A stretch of 39,586 nucleotides of DNA from Candidatus Zixiibacteriota bacterium (GTDB taxonomy: Bacteria > Zixibacteria > MSB-5A5 > GN15 > FEB-12). The DNA is taken from positions 1-39,586 of the forward strand of contig JBGSIV010000196.1 in the NCBI GenBank assembly GCA_041742355.1, written 5' to 3'. A program made the translations under genes and the position numbers. Positions 9,210 through 19,998 of the stretch are shown piece by piece. The notes under the pieces were generated by a model that made no database searches, was not told the DNA's origin, and was given only the letters and a program-made list of their open reading frames with translations. How positions within the stretch are numbered: the first letter of the stretch is position 1; every line of letters begins with the position of its first letter.

Positions 9210-9911
9210 TCACGCCTGCGGCTTCGAGAACCGGTAGCCCACGCCGCGGATGGTCTCGATATACTGCGGGTTCTTGGGATCGTCCTCGAACACCTTCCGC
9301 AACTTCAGGATAAAATTGTCGATCGTCCGATTGGTCGGATAGGTGTGGTATCCCCATACGGCGTCGAGTAGTTGATCCCGGCTGACCACCTCGCCGGTTC
9401 GCTCGACGAGGTACTTCATGACCATGCACTCTTTGTGGGTCAACGGCACCGTGCCGCCCGGTCCCGAAGCCTCGAACGTCTTGAAGTTGATTCGCCGTCC
9501 GTTGAACTCATACTGCTCGCCCAGCTGATCGTCCCCTGAGGCCAGCCAGGCCTGCCGGCGGAAGATCCCCTGAATGCGTGCGAGCAGCTCGGCCATATCG
9601 AATGGCTTGATGATGTAGTCGTCGCCGCCGGCAACCAGGCCCTCGATCTTCTCTTCGGTCTGGCTGCGCGCCGTGATGAAGAGGATCGGTATACGGTATC
9701 CCTCGGTTCGAAGGCGTTTGCAGATCGTCAGCCCGTCCACCCCGGGCAGCATGATATCCAGCAGCACGAGGTCGAAATTCCCCCGTTTGAACTCCTCGAC
9801 CGCCTCGTTTCCGTTGGCGATGTGCACCACCTGGTAGCCCTCTGCCTCGAGATTGAGAATCAGGCCGTCGGCCAGATTCGGGTCATCCTCAACCAGCAGT
9901 ATCGTCTTCAT
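9210..9911 (-). CDS. OmpR/PhoB-family response regulator
   Basis: LLVEDD, LDIMLP, GGDDYIIKPF; winged-helix C-terminus RTIDNFILKLRK...ETIRGVGYRF. Confidence 0.95.
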   Translation of the reverse strand: MKTILLVEDDPNLADGLILNLEAEGYQVVHIANGNEAVEEFKRGNFDLVLLDIMLPGVDGLTICKRLRTEGYRIPILFITARSQTEEKIEGLVAGGDDYIIKPFDMAELLARIQGIFRRQAWLASGDDQLGEQYEFNGRRINFKTFEASGPGGTVPLTHKECMVMKYLVERTGEVVSRDQLLDAVWGYHTYPTNRTIDNFILKLRKVFEDDPKNPQYIETIRGVGYRFSKPQA

Positions 9912-10887
9912 TTCCCGGCTCCACCTTCAGGGTTATGGTAAACCGCGCGCCTTGCCCGGGTCCGTCCGATTCCGCGGTGATTGTGCCGCCGTGAGCCTGC
10001 ACGATCTCCCTGGCCAGGTACAGCCCCAGTCCCGACCCGGGATGCGATCGGCTCAGTTCCGAGCCGACGCGGTAAAACCGATCGAAAATCGCCGTTTGAT
10101 TGTCGCGGCTCAGCCCGATGCCGTTGTCCGCGATCACCAGCCGGGCCATCCGCCCGTCCGATTCCAGCGTCACCGCCAATTCAACCGCATCTTCATCGTT
10201 ATACTTCAGGCTGTTCTCCAGCACGGCATCGAATGCCCGGGACAGCGCCTCCGTATCAGCCGTAACGAACACCTGTGGCGGAAGGTTCTTTCGCACCTGC
10301 AGTGGTTTCGGCCTGGGTATTCTTCCCAAAGCCTCGAGTCGTTCAGCGGCCAGCCGTCCGAGGTCGGCCGCCTGACGGTGCAGGCGGTACCCCGACCGCT
10401 CGAAGCGCCCCGCTTCCAGGATGTTGTCCACCAGCTTCTCCAGCCGCTCCAGATCCTCTCGCATCCGGGGCAGCACCCCGGCCTTTTTCTCGTCCGGGAT
10501 CTTCGGTGATTTCAGCGTGTCGATATAGAGCTTGATCGACGCCAGCGGCGTCTTGAGTTCGTGGGTCACGGCCATGAGGAAATTCTGCTGGTGAAACTTC
10601 AGTTCCTCTCCCTTGACCAGCGAGCGGTAGATCAGCCAGCCCCCGCCGAGAATCAGGACGAGGAAGAAGATCCCCTCCATGCCGACCATAATCTGCCGGC
10701 CGATCTCCTGATCGTGCAGCTGTTCGATCGTGGCCGGGTCGGCGCCATACTGAGCGGCCAGATCGACCTTCTCATCGACCAGGCGGGCCATGAAAATGAT
10801 CCACCAGACCATCTGGGCGATGGCCGCCGTCGAAAGCACGACAAAGGCTATAAGTGCTCCCCGAGGGGTCAAATGAAACCGGGCCAT
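9889..10887 (-). CDS. Membrane sensor histidine kinase (HisKA)
   Basis: Two TM helices with a short loop; VTHELKTPL, ENSLKY, DNGIG, FDRFYR, GSGLGL. Start MARFHL with GAGG RBS; overlaps the regulator start. Confidence 0.93.
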   Translation of the reverse strand: MARFHLTPRGALIAFVVLSTAAIAQMVWWIIFMARLVDEKVDLAAQYGADPATIEQLHDQEIGRQIMVGMEGIFFLVLILGGGWLIYRSLVKGEELKFHQQNFLMAVTHELKTPLASIKLYIDTLKSPKIPDEKKAGVLPRMREDLERLEKLVDNILEAGRFERSGYRLHRQAADLGRLAAERLEALGRIPRPKPLQVRKNLPPQVFVTADTEALSRAFDAVLENSLKYNDEDAVELAVTLESDGRMARLVIADNGIGLSRDNQTAIFDRFYRVGSELSRSHPGSGLGLYLAREIVQAHGGTITAESDGPGQGARFTITLKVEPGNEDDTAG

Positions 10888-10979
10888 GCTACCTCTTCGT
10901 TTGCCGACAGAAGGCAATGTAACACCTGAGGTTCCGTTTGGCAAAAGGGGAAAATTCTCCTCTCCCGGGCGCACGGCAC

Positions 10980-11010
10980 AAAAAAACGCCGGCCAAAACA
11001 TGACCGGCGT
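10980..11010 (-). terminator. Intrinsic terminator
   Basis: Minus strand ACGCCGGTCA-TGTTT-TGGCCGGCGT followed by a T run; lies about 90 nt upstream of the kinase start with no convincing CDS ending there. Confidence 0.7.
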
Positions 11011-11366
11011 ACGCGACCAACCCTGACTGTGGCTCGCCCGAATTGCCAGTACCCCAAGGCTCGCCCAACGCGAACCCATGCGGCGTCGTTTTCCCGTGGA
11101 ATGGACCCTGCCCCCAGGGTCGCATCAGCCTGCTACCATCAGTATCGGCGGATGCATGGCCGAGTTGAGGCGGAGGGCGGCGGTGGTCCGTCAGGTTGTG
11201 TCAGACAGCTCTTTCCGACGAGAAAAAAGGTGCAATCACCCGTTTCACGGGGACAACTTTGTCGCTATTTTTGCGTATGCCCGAGTATGGAGCGTCCGGT
11301 CGCCTATGCCCGCCCTATCCGGTCGCACTTCAGAGACCTGTCCGTCGTCACATGGAGGAATTGCTA

Positions 11367-12908
11367 ATGGCTTCATTCACCCGCAGGCAGTTCATCGTCG
11401 CTGGAGCCAAGGTCGCGGCTTTGGCCGCCGTGCCGGCCATCCTGCGTTTTGACCCGGTCCGCGCCTTCGCCGGTCCCGATGAATCCGCCGTTCTTGCCGA
11501 CTACCTGTCATGGTTCGAAGTTGATGAGACCTTGATCCGTCGCGTCATGGCGACCGCCCTCGAACGCGGCGGCGACTACTGCGACCTCTTCTTCGAACAT
11601 ACTGTCTCCAACTACGTTGGCCTGCAGGACAACGCCGTCAATCGCGCCGGTACGTCGGTCGACTACGGCGTGGGGATCCGCGTCATCGAAGGGGACCGCA
11701 CCGGCTTCTCGTTTACCGAGGAACTGACCGCCGAGGCGATGCTCAAGGCGGCCCGCACCGCGGCCAATATCGCCCGCTCCGGTTCCACCGAAGCGCCGTC
11801 GGGCCTTCTGTACAAACCGGCAGCGAGCTACTACCCGATTCAGGTCCCGTGGGAGGACATCGGTATCGACCGCAAAATCCCCATTCTCCAGCACCTGGAC
11901 CAGCAGATCTCAGGCGCCGACAGCCGCATTGTCAAGACCAGCGTCACCTACCGCGACGCGACGTCGCGAATTCTGGTGGCGACCTCCGAGGGCATTATTC
12001 GCAGCGACTACCGTCCGATGGCCGAAATCAGCGCCAGCTGCTCGGCCGAACAGAACGGCCGCCGGGAAGAGGGCTGGTACTCGCTGACCAGCCGCAACGA
12101 TATCAGCTTCTTCAGCCCTGAGACCATGAATCTGGTGTCCGGTGAGGCGGTGCGTCGCACCCTCAACCAGCTCGATGCAATCCAACCCGAGGGCGGGGAA
12201 ATGCCTGTCGTGCTGGCTGCCGGCGGATCGGGAATGATGCTTCACGAAGCGATCGGGCATGGCATGGAAGCCGACTGCAACCGTCGCAACGAATCAATCT
12301 ACTCCGATGCCATCGGCAAGCCGATTGCCGAACCGATCGTGTCAATCGTCGACGACGGCACGTACCCGCACGCCCGGGGCTCGATCAACATCGACGATGA
12401 AGGCAGCGACACCGAGAAGACGTTCCTCGTCAGAGACGGCATCCTGCAATCCTACATGCACGACCTCATCAGCGCGAAGCACTACGGGGTCCGGCCAACC
12501 GGCAACGGGCGGCGCGAGTCCTTCCGGTACCCCCCGGTTCCGCGCATGCGCTCCACGTACATGCTCCCCGGACCGCATACGAAAGACGAGATCATCGCCA
12601 GCGTGAAGAAAGGCGTTTACTGCGACGACTTCACCAATGGCGAGGTGCGCATCGGTCCCGGCGACTTCACGTTCTATGTCAAGAGCGGTTACTTGATCGA
12701 GGACGGCAAGCTAACGCGCCCGATCAAGGACGTCAATCTGATCGGCAACGGCCCCGAGGTGCTCAAGCGTGTGACGATGGTCGCCGATGACTTCGCGCTG
12801 GCCTCGCGAGGCGGCACATGCGGTAAGGACGGCCAGTGGGTACCGGTTTCCATGGGCTTGCCCACGATACTCGTATCGGCCCTGACGGTCGGCGGGAAGT
12901 CCGCCTGA
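11367..12908 (+). CDS. tldD: TldD-family metalloprotease with twin-arginine signal peptide
   Basis: HEAIGHGMEAD zinc motif, GNGRRES...PRM, CGKDGQ conserved Cys; N-terminus MASFTRRQFIVAGAKVAALAAVP...RAFA; GGAGG RBS. Confidence 0.93.
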   Translation: MASFTRRQFIVAGAKVAALAAVPAILRFDPVRAFAGPDESAVLADYLSWFEVDETLIRRVMATALERGGDYCDLFFEHTVSNYVGLQDNAVNRAGTSVDYGVGIRVIEGDRTGFSFTEELTAEAMLKAARTAANIARSGSTEAPSGLLYKPAASYYPIQVPWEDIGIDRKIPILQHLDQQISGADSRIVKTSVTYRDATSRILVATSEGIIRSDYRPMAEISASCSAEQNGRREEGWYSLTSRNDISFFSPETMNLVSGEAVRRTLNQLDAIQPEGGEMPVVLAAGGSGMMLHEAIGHGMEADCNRRNESIYSDAIGKPIAEPIVSIVDDGTYPHARGSINIDDEGSDTEKTFLVRDGILQSYMHDLISAKHYGVRPTGNGRRESFRYPPVPRMRSTYMLPGPHTKDEIIASVKKGVYCDDFTNGEVRIGPGDFTFYVKSGYLIEDGKLTRPIKDVNLIGNGPEVLKRVTMVADDFALASRGGTCGKDGQWVPVSMGLPTILVSALTVGGKSA

Positions 12909-12943
12909 AGAATCGCGCAACCAGAGAATGAGGCAATCGAGAT

Positions 12944-14266
12944 ATGAATACTGCAGAACGACTTGATCTGGCCCGATGGGTGGTGCGGCAGGCCCAGGCC
13001 AAAGGCGCCGGCGGCGTCGCCGCAACCCTTAACCACAGCCGCTCGATTACGGTCGAGGTCCGCGACCAGGAAGTCGAACGGCTTCGGGAATCGACCTCCA
13101 GTTCGCTGGGCATCGACATGTATGTCGACGGCCGCTACTCGCTGTATACGACCAGCGACCTTCGCCGCAACTCCCTCGATGATTTTCTGGCCGAGGCCGT
13201 TGCGATGACCCGCTACCTTGCGGTTGACGCGGAGCGGAGCCTGCCTGATCCGAAGTACTACGAAGGGATGCAGCAAATCGACCTCAAGACTTCCGACGAC
13301 ACCTACGAGGGGCTGACCTCCGAGGAACGGGTGGCGCTGGCGCTGCAAACCGAGAAGGCGGCCCGGGCGATGTCCGACAAGATCGTCACCTGCGGGGCCG
13401 CATTCGGCGACGAGTATGCCGAGGAGGTCCGGGTGCACAGCAATGGCTTCGAAGGGGCGCGCCGGGGAACCGAATTCGGCCTTTGGACCGAAGTGTCCGT
13501 GCGCGGCGAAGGCGAGGCCCGGCCCTCAGATTACCAGGATTCGAGCGTCCGATTCCGCAAAGACCTCGCTTCGCCGGAAGAGATCGCCCGCAAGGCGGTC
13601 GGGCGGGCTGTTGCGATGATCGGCCAGAGGAAGCTGGCCTCCGGGCGCTACGATCTGGTTATCGAGAACCGCGTCGCCTCGCGAATGATCGGTATCCTCA
13701 CCGCCGGCATGCGCGCCGGCAACATTCAGCAGAAGCGGTCCTTCCTGGCCGGGAAGCTGGGGGAGAAGATCGCCTCCGACAAGTTCACGCTCATCGATGA
13801 TCCGTTTATCGTCGGCGGCTTCGGTTCCCGTGTGTACGACGGTGACGGTATGGCGACCAAGCGCCGCGTAATGATCGATCGGGGCGTGCTCAAGGAGTAC
13901 TACGTCAACTACTACTACGCCCGGAAGCTCAACCTGGAGCCGACTGTCAGCGGTTCGACCAACACTGTTTTCGAGTATGGCACGCGATCCCTTGAGGATT
14001 TGATCGCCGGCATGAAGCGCGGTATCCTCGTCACCAGCTTCATCGGCGGCAATTCCAACACCGCGACCGGCGACTTTTCTGTCGGCATTATCGGGCAGTA
14101 TGTCGAGAACGGCCGTCGCGTCCATCCGGTGAGCGAGATGAATATCGCCGGCAACATCCTCGAATTCATGAACCAGTTGACCGAAATGGGGAACGATCCC
14201 TGCCCCGGCACGGCCCTCATGCGTCCAAGCATGTACTTCACCGATGTTCAGTTTGCCGGTCTCTAA
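12944..14266 (+). CDS. pmbA: PmbA/TldE family protein
   Basis: SFLAGKLGEKIAS..FTLIDDP, YDGDG, TGDFS, VSEMNIAGN motifs; no HExxxH; follows tldD. Confidence 0.92.
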   Translation: MNTAERLDLARWVVRQAQAKGAGGVAATLNHSRSITVEVRDQEVERLRESTSSSLGIDMYVDGRYSLYTTSDLRRNSLDDFLAEAVAMTRYLAVDAERSLPDPKYYEGMQQIDLKTSDDTYEGLTSEERVALALQTEKAARAMSDKIVTCGAAFGDEYAEEVRVHSNGFEGARRGTEFGLWTEVSVRGEGEARPSDYQDSSVRFRKDLASPEEIARKAVGRAVAMIGQRKLASGRYDLVIENRVASRMIGILTAGMRAGNIQQKRSFLAGKLGEKIASDKFTLIDDPFIVGGFGSRVYDGDGMATKRRVMIDRGVLKEYYVNYYYARKLNLEPTVSGSTNTVFEYGTRSLEDLIAGMKRGILVTSFIGGNSNTATGDFSVGIIGQYVENGRRVHPVSEMNIAGNILEFMNQLTEMGNDPCPGTALMRPSMYFTDVQFAGL

Positions 14267-14287
14267 GAGGGGGTCGGCAGATTAAAA

Positions 14288-14323
14288 CACAAACGGGCGC
14301 TTCATCCGAAGCGCCCGTTTGTG
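14288..14323. terminator. Bidirectional terminator
   Basis: CACAAACGGGCGCTTC-ATCC-GAAGCGCCCGTTTGTG between convergent pmbA and copA. Confidence 0.8.
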
Positions 14324-14347
14324 CCTACCGGTCTTCTGAACACGAAT

Positions 14348-16552
<2,205 letters not shown>

Positions 16553-16655
16553 AGCCTTCTTCCTTCGCTGGGGTACTACCGCCGCCTGCAAGTTATACCA
16601 ATTGAAGGCATAATACACCGTTGCGCCCGGAAGAGGTAGACGAAAATGGGCAATT

Positions 16656-17291
16656 CTACTTAATTCCGAACAGCATCAGCAAGTGCGGGCACTTCCGCGT
16701 CAGTTCGCGTCGGATCTTGGTTCGCGCCCGATGCAGGTACCACCGAACCGTCGCTTCCGGCATGTTCATGATGTTGGCGACATCATCGATTTTGCATCCT
16801 TCGACATCGCGCAGCACGAAGGCCGAGCGCTGCTTGTCATTGAGCGACTCGGTCGCCTGTCGGATGTAGTCATCGATCTGCTGCAGCCGGTAAGAAGCAT
16901 CGGGACCGTGATCCAGGTGCTCCAGGACGTTTTGAAAATTCTCCAGGGGTTCGTGGCGGTGACGGCTGTGTTTGCGGATGTAGTCGATCGAGGCGTTGAC
17001 GGTGATTCGGTACAGCCACGTATAGAACTTCTTCCGTTCATCGTAGCGCCAGATATTGCGGGACATTTTGACGAAGACATTCTGGGTGATATCGGCCGCT
17101 TCGTCGTAGTCGCCGACCATTTTGTAGGCCAGCGCCGCGACCTGGGCCCGATAGCGCCGCACCAGTTCGGTGAACGCATGCTGATCTCCCCGCTTGATCT
17201 CGCGGATCAGTTCCTTGACCCGCAGTTCATCGCGGTCTTCCGCATCCGGCGTCGCATCCTTGAACTCTGCCGATATTCGTTTTTTCATCAT
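16656..17291 (-). CDS. ECF (sigma-70 group 4) RNA polymerase sigma factor
   Basis: [33 protein letters not shown], region 4 (LRDVEG...[11 protein letters not shown]). Confidence 0.92.
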   Translation of the reverse strand: MMKKRISAEFKDATPDAEDRDELRVKELIREIKRGDQHAFTELVRRYRAQVAALAYKMVGDYDEAADITQNVFVKMSRNIWRYDERKKFYTWLYRITVNASIDYIRKHSRHRHEPLENFQNVLEHLDHGPDASYRLQQIDDYIRQATESLNDKQRSAFVLRDVEGCKIDDVANIMNMPEATVRWYLHRARTKIRRELTRKCPHLLMLFGIK

Positions 17292-17318
17292 GTGCACCGG
17301 TTTATGTCTGTCAGCTAT

Positions 17319-17343
17319 AACGGCACGCTCACGGCAAAGTTCC
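17319..17343 (-). promoter_or_regulatory. Putative ECF-type promoter (likely autoregulatory)
   Basis: GGAAC-N16-CGTT on the minus strand, about 28 nt upstream of the ECF start, matching the general ECF AAC/CGT pattern. Confidence 0.6.
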
Positions 17344-17421
17344 TAGTGGGCTGATTCCCGCAAACGAAACCGATCGCCGGTGCGTTTGGGTGATCGTGCG
17401 GCTGCGTGCGACCGGTCGCGC

Positions 17422-17450
17422 AAAAAAAAACGGCGCCCGGTATGGGCGCC
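17422..17450 (-). terminator. Intrinsic terminator after the M23 peptidase gene
   Basis: CGGCGCCC-ATACC-GGGCGCCG followed by T9 on the minus strand. Confidence 0.85.
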
Positions 17451-17477
17451 GAAATCTTCAGGGGTGTACCGTCTGGT

Positions 17478-18374
17478 TCAGTTGAGGATGAACCCGCGCG
17501 GATCCAGATTCTTGCCGTTGCGCTGAATCTCGTAGTGCAGGTGCGGTCCTGTCGAGTAACCGGTCGATCCCATCAACCCGATCACTTCACCGCGCTTGAC
17601 CTTCTGGCCGCGCTTGACCTTGTAGTCGGAAAGGTGTGCGTAGTAGGTCTCAAATCCGTAGCCGTGATCGATGATCACGGTTTTGCCCATGCCGCCGTTC
17701 ACACCGACGTACTTGACACGACCATCGCCCGACGCCACGATCCTTGTCCCGGTCGGGCCGGCGATATCGAGACCGCGGTGCATCTGTTTCAATCCGGTAA
17801 AGGGATCGAACTTCATCCCGTAACCGCGGGAGAGCCATCCCTGGGTGGGCCAGATCGACGGGGTGTGGTCAAGGCGATCCTTCAGGCGGCGGAGTTCCTC
17901 TTCCACCTCGCCGTACTTCCCCAATTCGTAGGTCGACAGGGTGAGGAGCCGGTCGATCCGGTGATCCGTGACGACCGCTTCGCGGCGTGTCTCGGACATA
18001 ATCGCGAGTTGCGGCGCCGCCGGGCCGCCGACACCGAGCTGCCGGACCTCGACGTCGATTTCGGGTAAGCCGAAGAGCGCCCGAATCTTGACTTCCTTCT
18101 CGACCAACTGATCGTAGCGCTGCTCGACCAGGGTCAAGTCCGACTGGATGCGCTCATACTGGCCCCGAAGGGACTCGTTTTCGGTGCGTAGCCGGGTCAA
18201 CTCCTGAGCATCAACCTTATCCGCAAAAAACTGGGCCGACAAGTAGAAACTCGCGAACACCAACAGCAGAACGCCTCCGATGGCGAGGTAGATGACTGCA
18301 ACGGGAATCCGGACCTGGCGAGAGATGCCCATCGAGTGGGGGATGAGCATGAACGTCAGTTTCTTCTTAAACAT
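17478..18374 (-). CDS. M23 family metallopeptidase (peptidoglycan endopeptidase)
   Basis: N-terminal TM and coiled coil; HRGLD, YAHL, GSTGYSTGPHLHYE motifs. Start MFKKK at 18374. Confidence 0.93.
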   Translation of the reverse strand: MFKKKLTFMLIPHSMGISRQVRIPVAVIYLAIGGVLLLVFASFYLSAQFFADKVDAQELTRLRTENESLRGQYERIQSDLTLVEQRYDQLVEKEVKIRALFGLPEIDVEVRQLGVGGPAAPQLAIMSETRREAVVTDHRIDRLLTLSTYELGKYGEVEEELRRLKDRLDHTPSIWPTQGWLSRGYGMKFDPFTGLKQMHRGLDIAGPTGTRIVASGDGRVKYVGVNGGMGKTVIIDHGYGFETYYAHLSDYKVKRGQKVKRGEVIGLMGSTGYSTGPHLHYEIQRNGKNLDPRGFILN

Positions 18375-18480
18375 GCTGTAAACTCTCACATGGTGCTGTC
18401 GGGTGATTGAGAACCGGCGATAGCCCGTTCTCAACAATTCCCGAAAGTACCGCCGGGCCACAGCATCGTCAAGTCAAAAA

Positions 18481-18639
18481 CTACTTAATCAACACATATT
18501 CCCGGTTCAGAATCTTATTGACGATGCGGGCCAGTTTGTCCGACTCGAGCGTCTGAAGACTGTACAAGTGCCAGTACGTCTTCTTCGGCAATCCGGTCGG
18601 GTTCACTCTCCTTCGGGCGCTTCCATTCGACTGCTTCAT
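18481..18639 (-). CDS. Putative small protein (52 aa)
   Basis: AGGGAG RBS before ATG 18639; MKQSNGSARRRVNPTGLPKKTYWHLYSLQTLESDKLARIVNKILNREYVLIK, in an otherwise empty gap of about 620 bp. Confidence 0.4.
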   Translation of the reverse strand: MKQSNGSARRRVNPTGLPKKTYWHLYSLQTLESDKLARIVNKILNREYVLIK

Positions 18640-18996
18640 GGTGCCGGTCTCCCTGTTGCGTCCGTACACCCGGTGACAGCGCCTTCAATAACTGTATCGG
18701 GTTGAAACGGACAAGAATTTACACTTCTGGGATGAAACACTCGCATACGTCCTGCCACGGCCCGCCGGACGGCCCAACTTGTCGGACATACCTAATCTCT
18801 TGATTAGCAGTAACCTAACATTTACTGTCCCACGACATGTGCAGATTCCAACCAGCCTTCTGTGGTCCGGTCCCCTCACTTGATTGCGTTCGGACTACAC
18901 TCACGGACACTCCTGATCCTTCCGGACATGGGTTGACGGCGCTTCGGCAATTTCCTACATTGCCGCAAAAGCCATCAGCAACGTGAAGGACTACCG

Positions 18997-19755
18997 ATGC
19001 AGGATCTCTCGGGACAGATTGTTATGATTACCGGCGCCTCCGCCGGCATTGGCGAAGGTTGTGCCCGCAAATTTGCTGAACGCAAAGCCCGCCTCATTCT
19101 TCTTGCGCGTCGCAAGGACCGCCTGGAAGAGCTTTCCCGGTCCTTGGGGGTGGAGAGCCACCTGATTGAGGTCGATGTCCGTGACCGAGGCGCTGTGGAT
19201 ACGGCTATTGCGGCTTTGCCCGGACCCTGGCAGTCTATCGATATCCTTGTGAACAACGCCGGACTCAGCCGGGGGCTGGACAAGATCCATGAGGGGGTGA
19301 TCCAGGACTGGGAGGAGATGATTGACACCAACGTCAAGGGGCTGCTCTATGTCAGCCGCGCAGTTATCCCCGGCATGGTGGCGCGACGGAGGGGTCACAT
19401 CATTAATATAGGTTCGATCGCAGGTCACGAAGTCTACCCCCGCGGCAACGTATACTGCGCCACTAAACATGCTGTCGATGCCCTGACCAAGGGGATGCGC
19501 CTCGATCTGATTGATTCTCCGGTGCGCGTATCTACCGTCGACCCCGGTATGGTGGAGACGGAATTCTCTCAGGTGCGGTTTCACGGCGATATCGATCGTG
19601 CCGCCCAGGTTTACAAGGGCGTTCGGCCGCTTTCTGGAGATGATGTCGCCGAGGCAGTAGTCTGGGTAGCTGATCGGCCGGCCCACGTGACTATCAGTGA
19701 AGTTGTCATTCTCCCCACCGATCAGGCTTCGACGACCGTCTACAATCGTAAGTGA
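18997..19755 (+). CDS. Short-chain dehydrogenase/reductase (YdfG-like)
   Basis: TGASAGIG, NNAG, GSIAG, YCATK catalytic motif, PGMVETEFS. Confidence 0.93.
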   Translation: MQDLSGQIVMITGASAGIGEGCARKFAERKARLILLARRKDRLEELSRSLGVESHLIEVDVRDRGAVDTAIAALPGPWQSIDILVNNAGLSRGLDKIHEGVIQDWEEMIDTNVKGLLYVSRAVIPGMVARRRGHIINIGSIAGHEVYPRGNVYCATKHAVDALTKGMRLDLIDSPVRVSTVDPGMVETEFSQVRFHGDIDRAAQVYKGVRPLSGDDVAEAVVWVADRPAHVTISEVVILPTDQASTTVYNRK

Positions 19756-19773
19756 AATAGCGACTTAATATCG

Positions 19774-19799
19774 GCCGGACCGGTTGCCTCCGGTCCGGC
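19774..19799 (+). terminator. GC-rich hairpin downstream of the SDR gene
   Basis: GCCGGACCGG-TTGCCT-CCGGTCCGGC; no U tract. Confidence 0.45.
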
Positions 19800-19806
19800 G
19801 GCGAAG

Positions 19807-19851
19807 TTATCCACACATCCTCGGTTTTCAGCAGCGCCCGCGTTATCCACA
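19807..19851 (+). promoter_or_regulatory. Two perfect DnaA boxes
   Basis: TTATCCACA at 19807-19815 and 19843-19851, same orientation, intergenic. Confidence 0.65.
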
Positions 19852-19998
19852 GACCTTCAGGGAAACGAATCCGCTGTACGCTGGGTTACTGCAATACCAG
19901 CATCGACCGCCATTCCTCTTAATGGCGAACATCTCCATGGGGGTATTCGGACAGAATGTCGAACCTCATGTCCCTGGTTGCTTTGGAATGGATGGTGA

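Noticed and set aside
10889..11366. RiPP precursor gene upstream of tldD/pmbA
   Set aside because: The short ORFs lack good RBSs or precursor-like composition, and there is no YcaO or other tailoring enzyme adjacent.
19807..19851. oriC
   Set aside because: Only two DnaA boxes, no clear AT-rich unwinding element, and no dnaA/dnaN/gyrB/gidA context.
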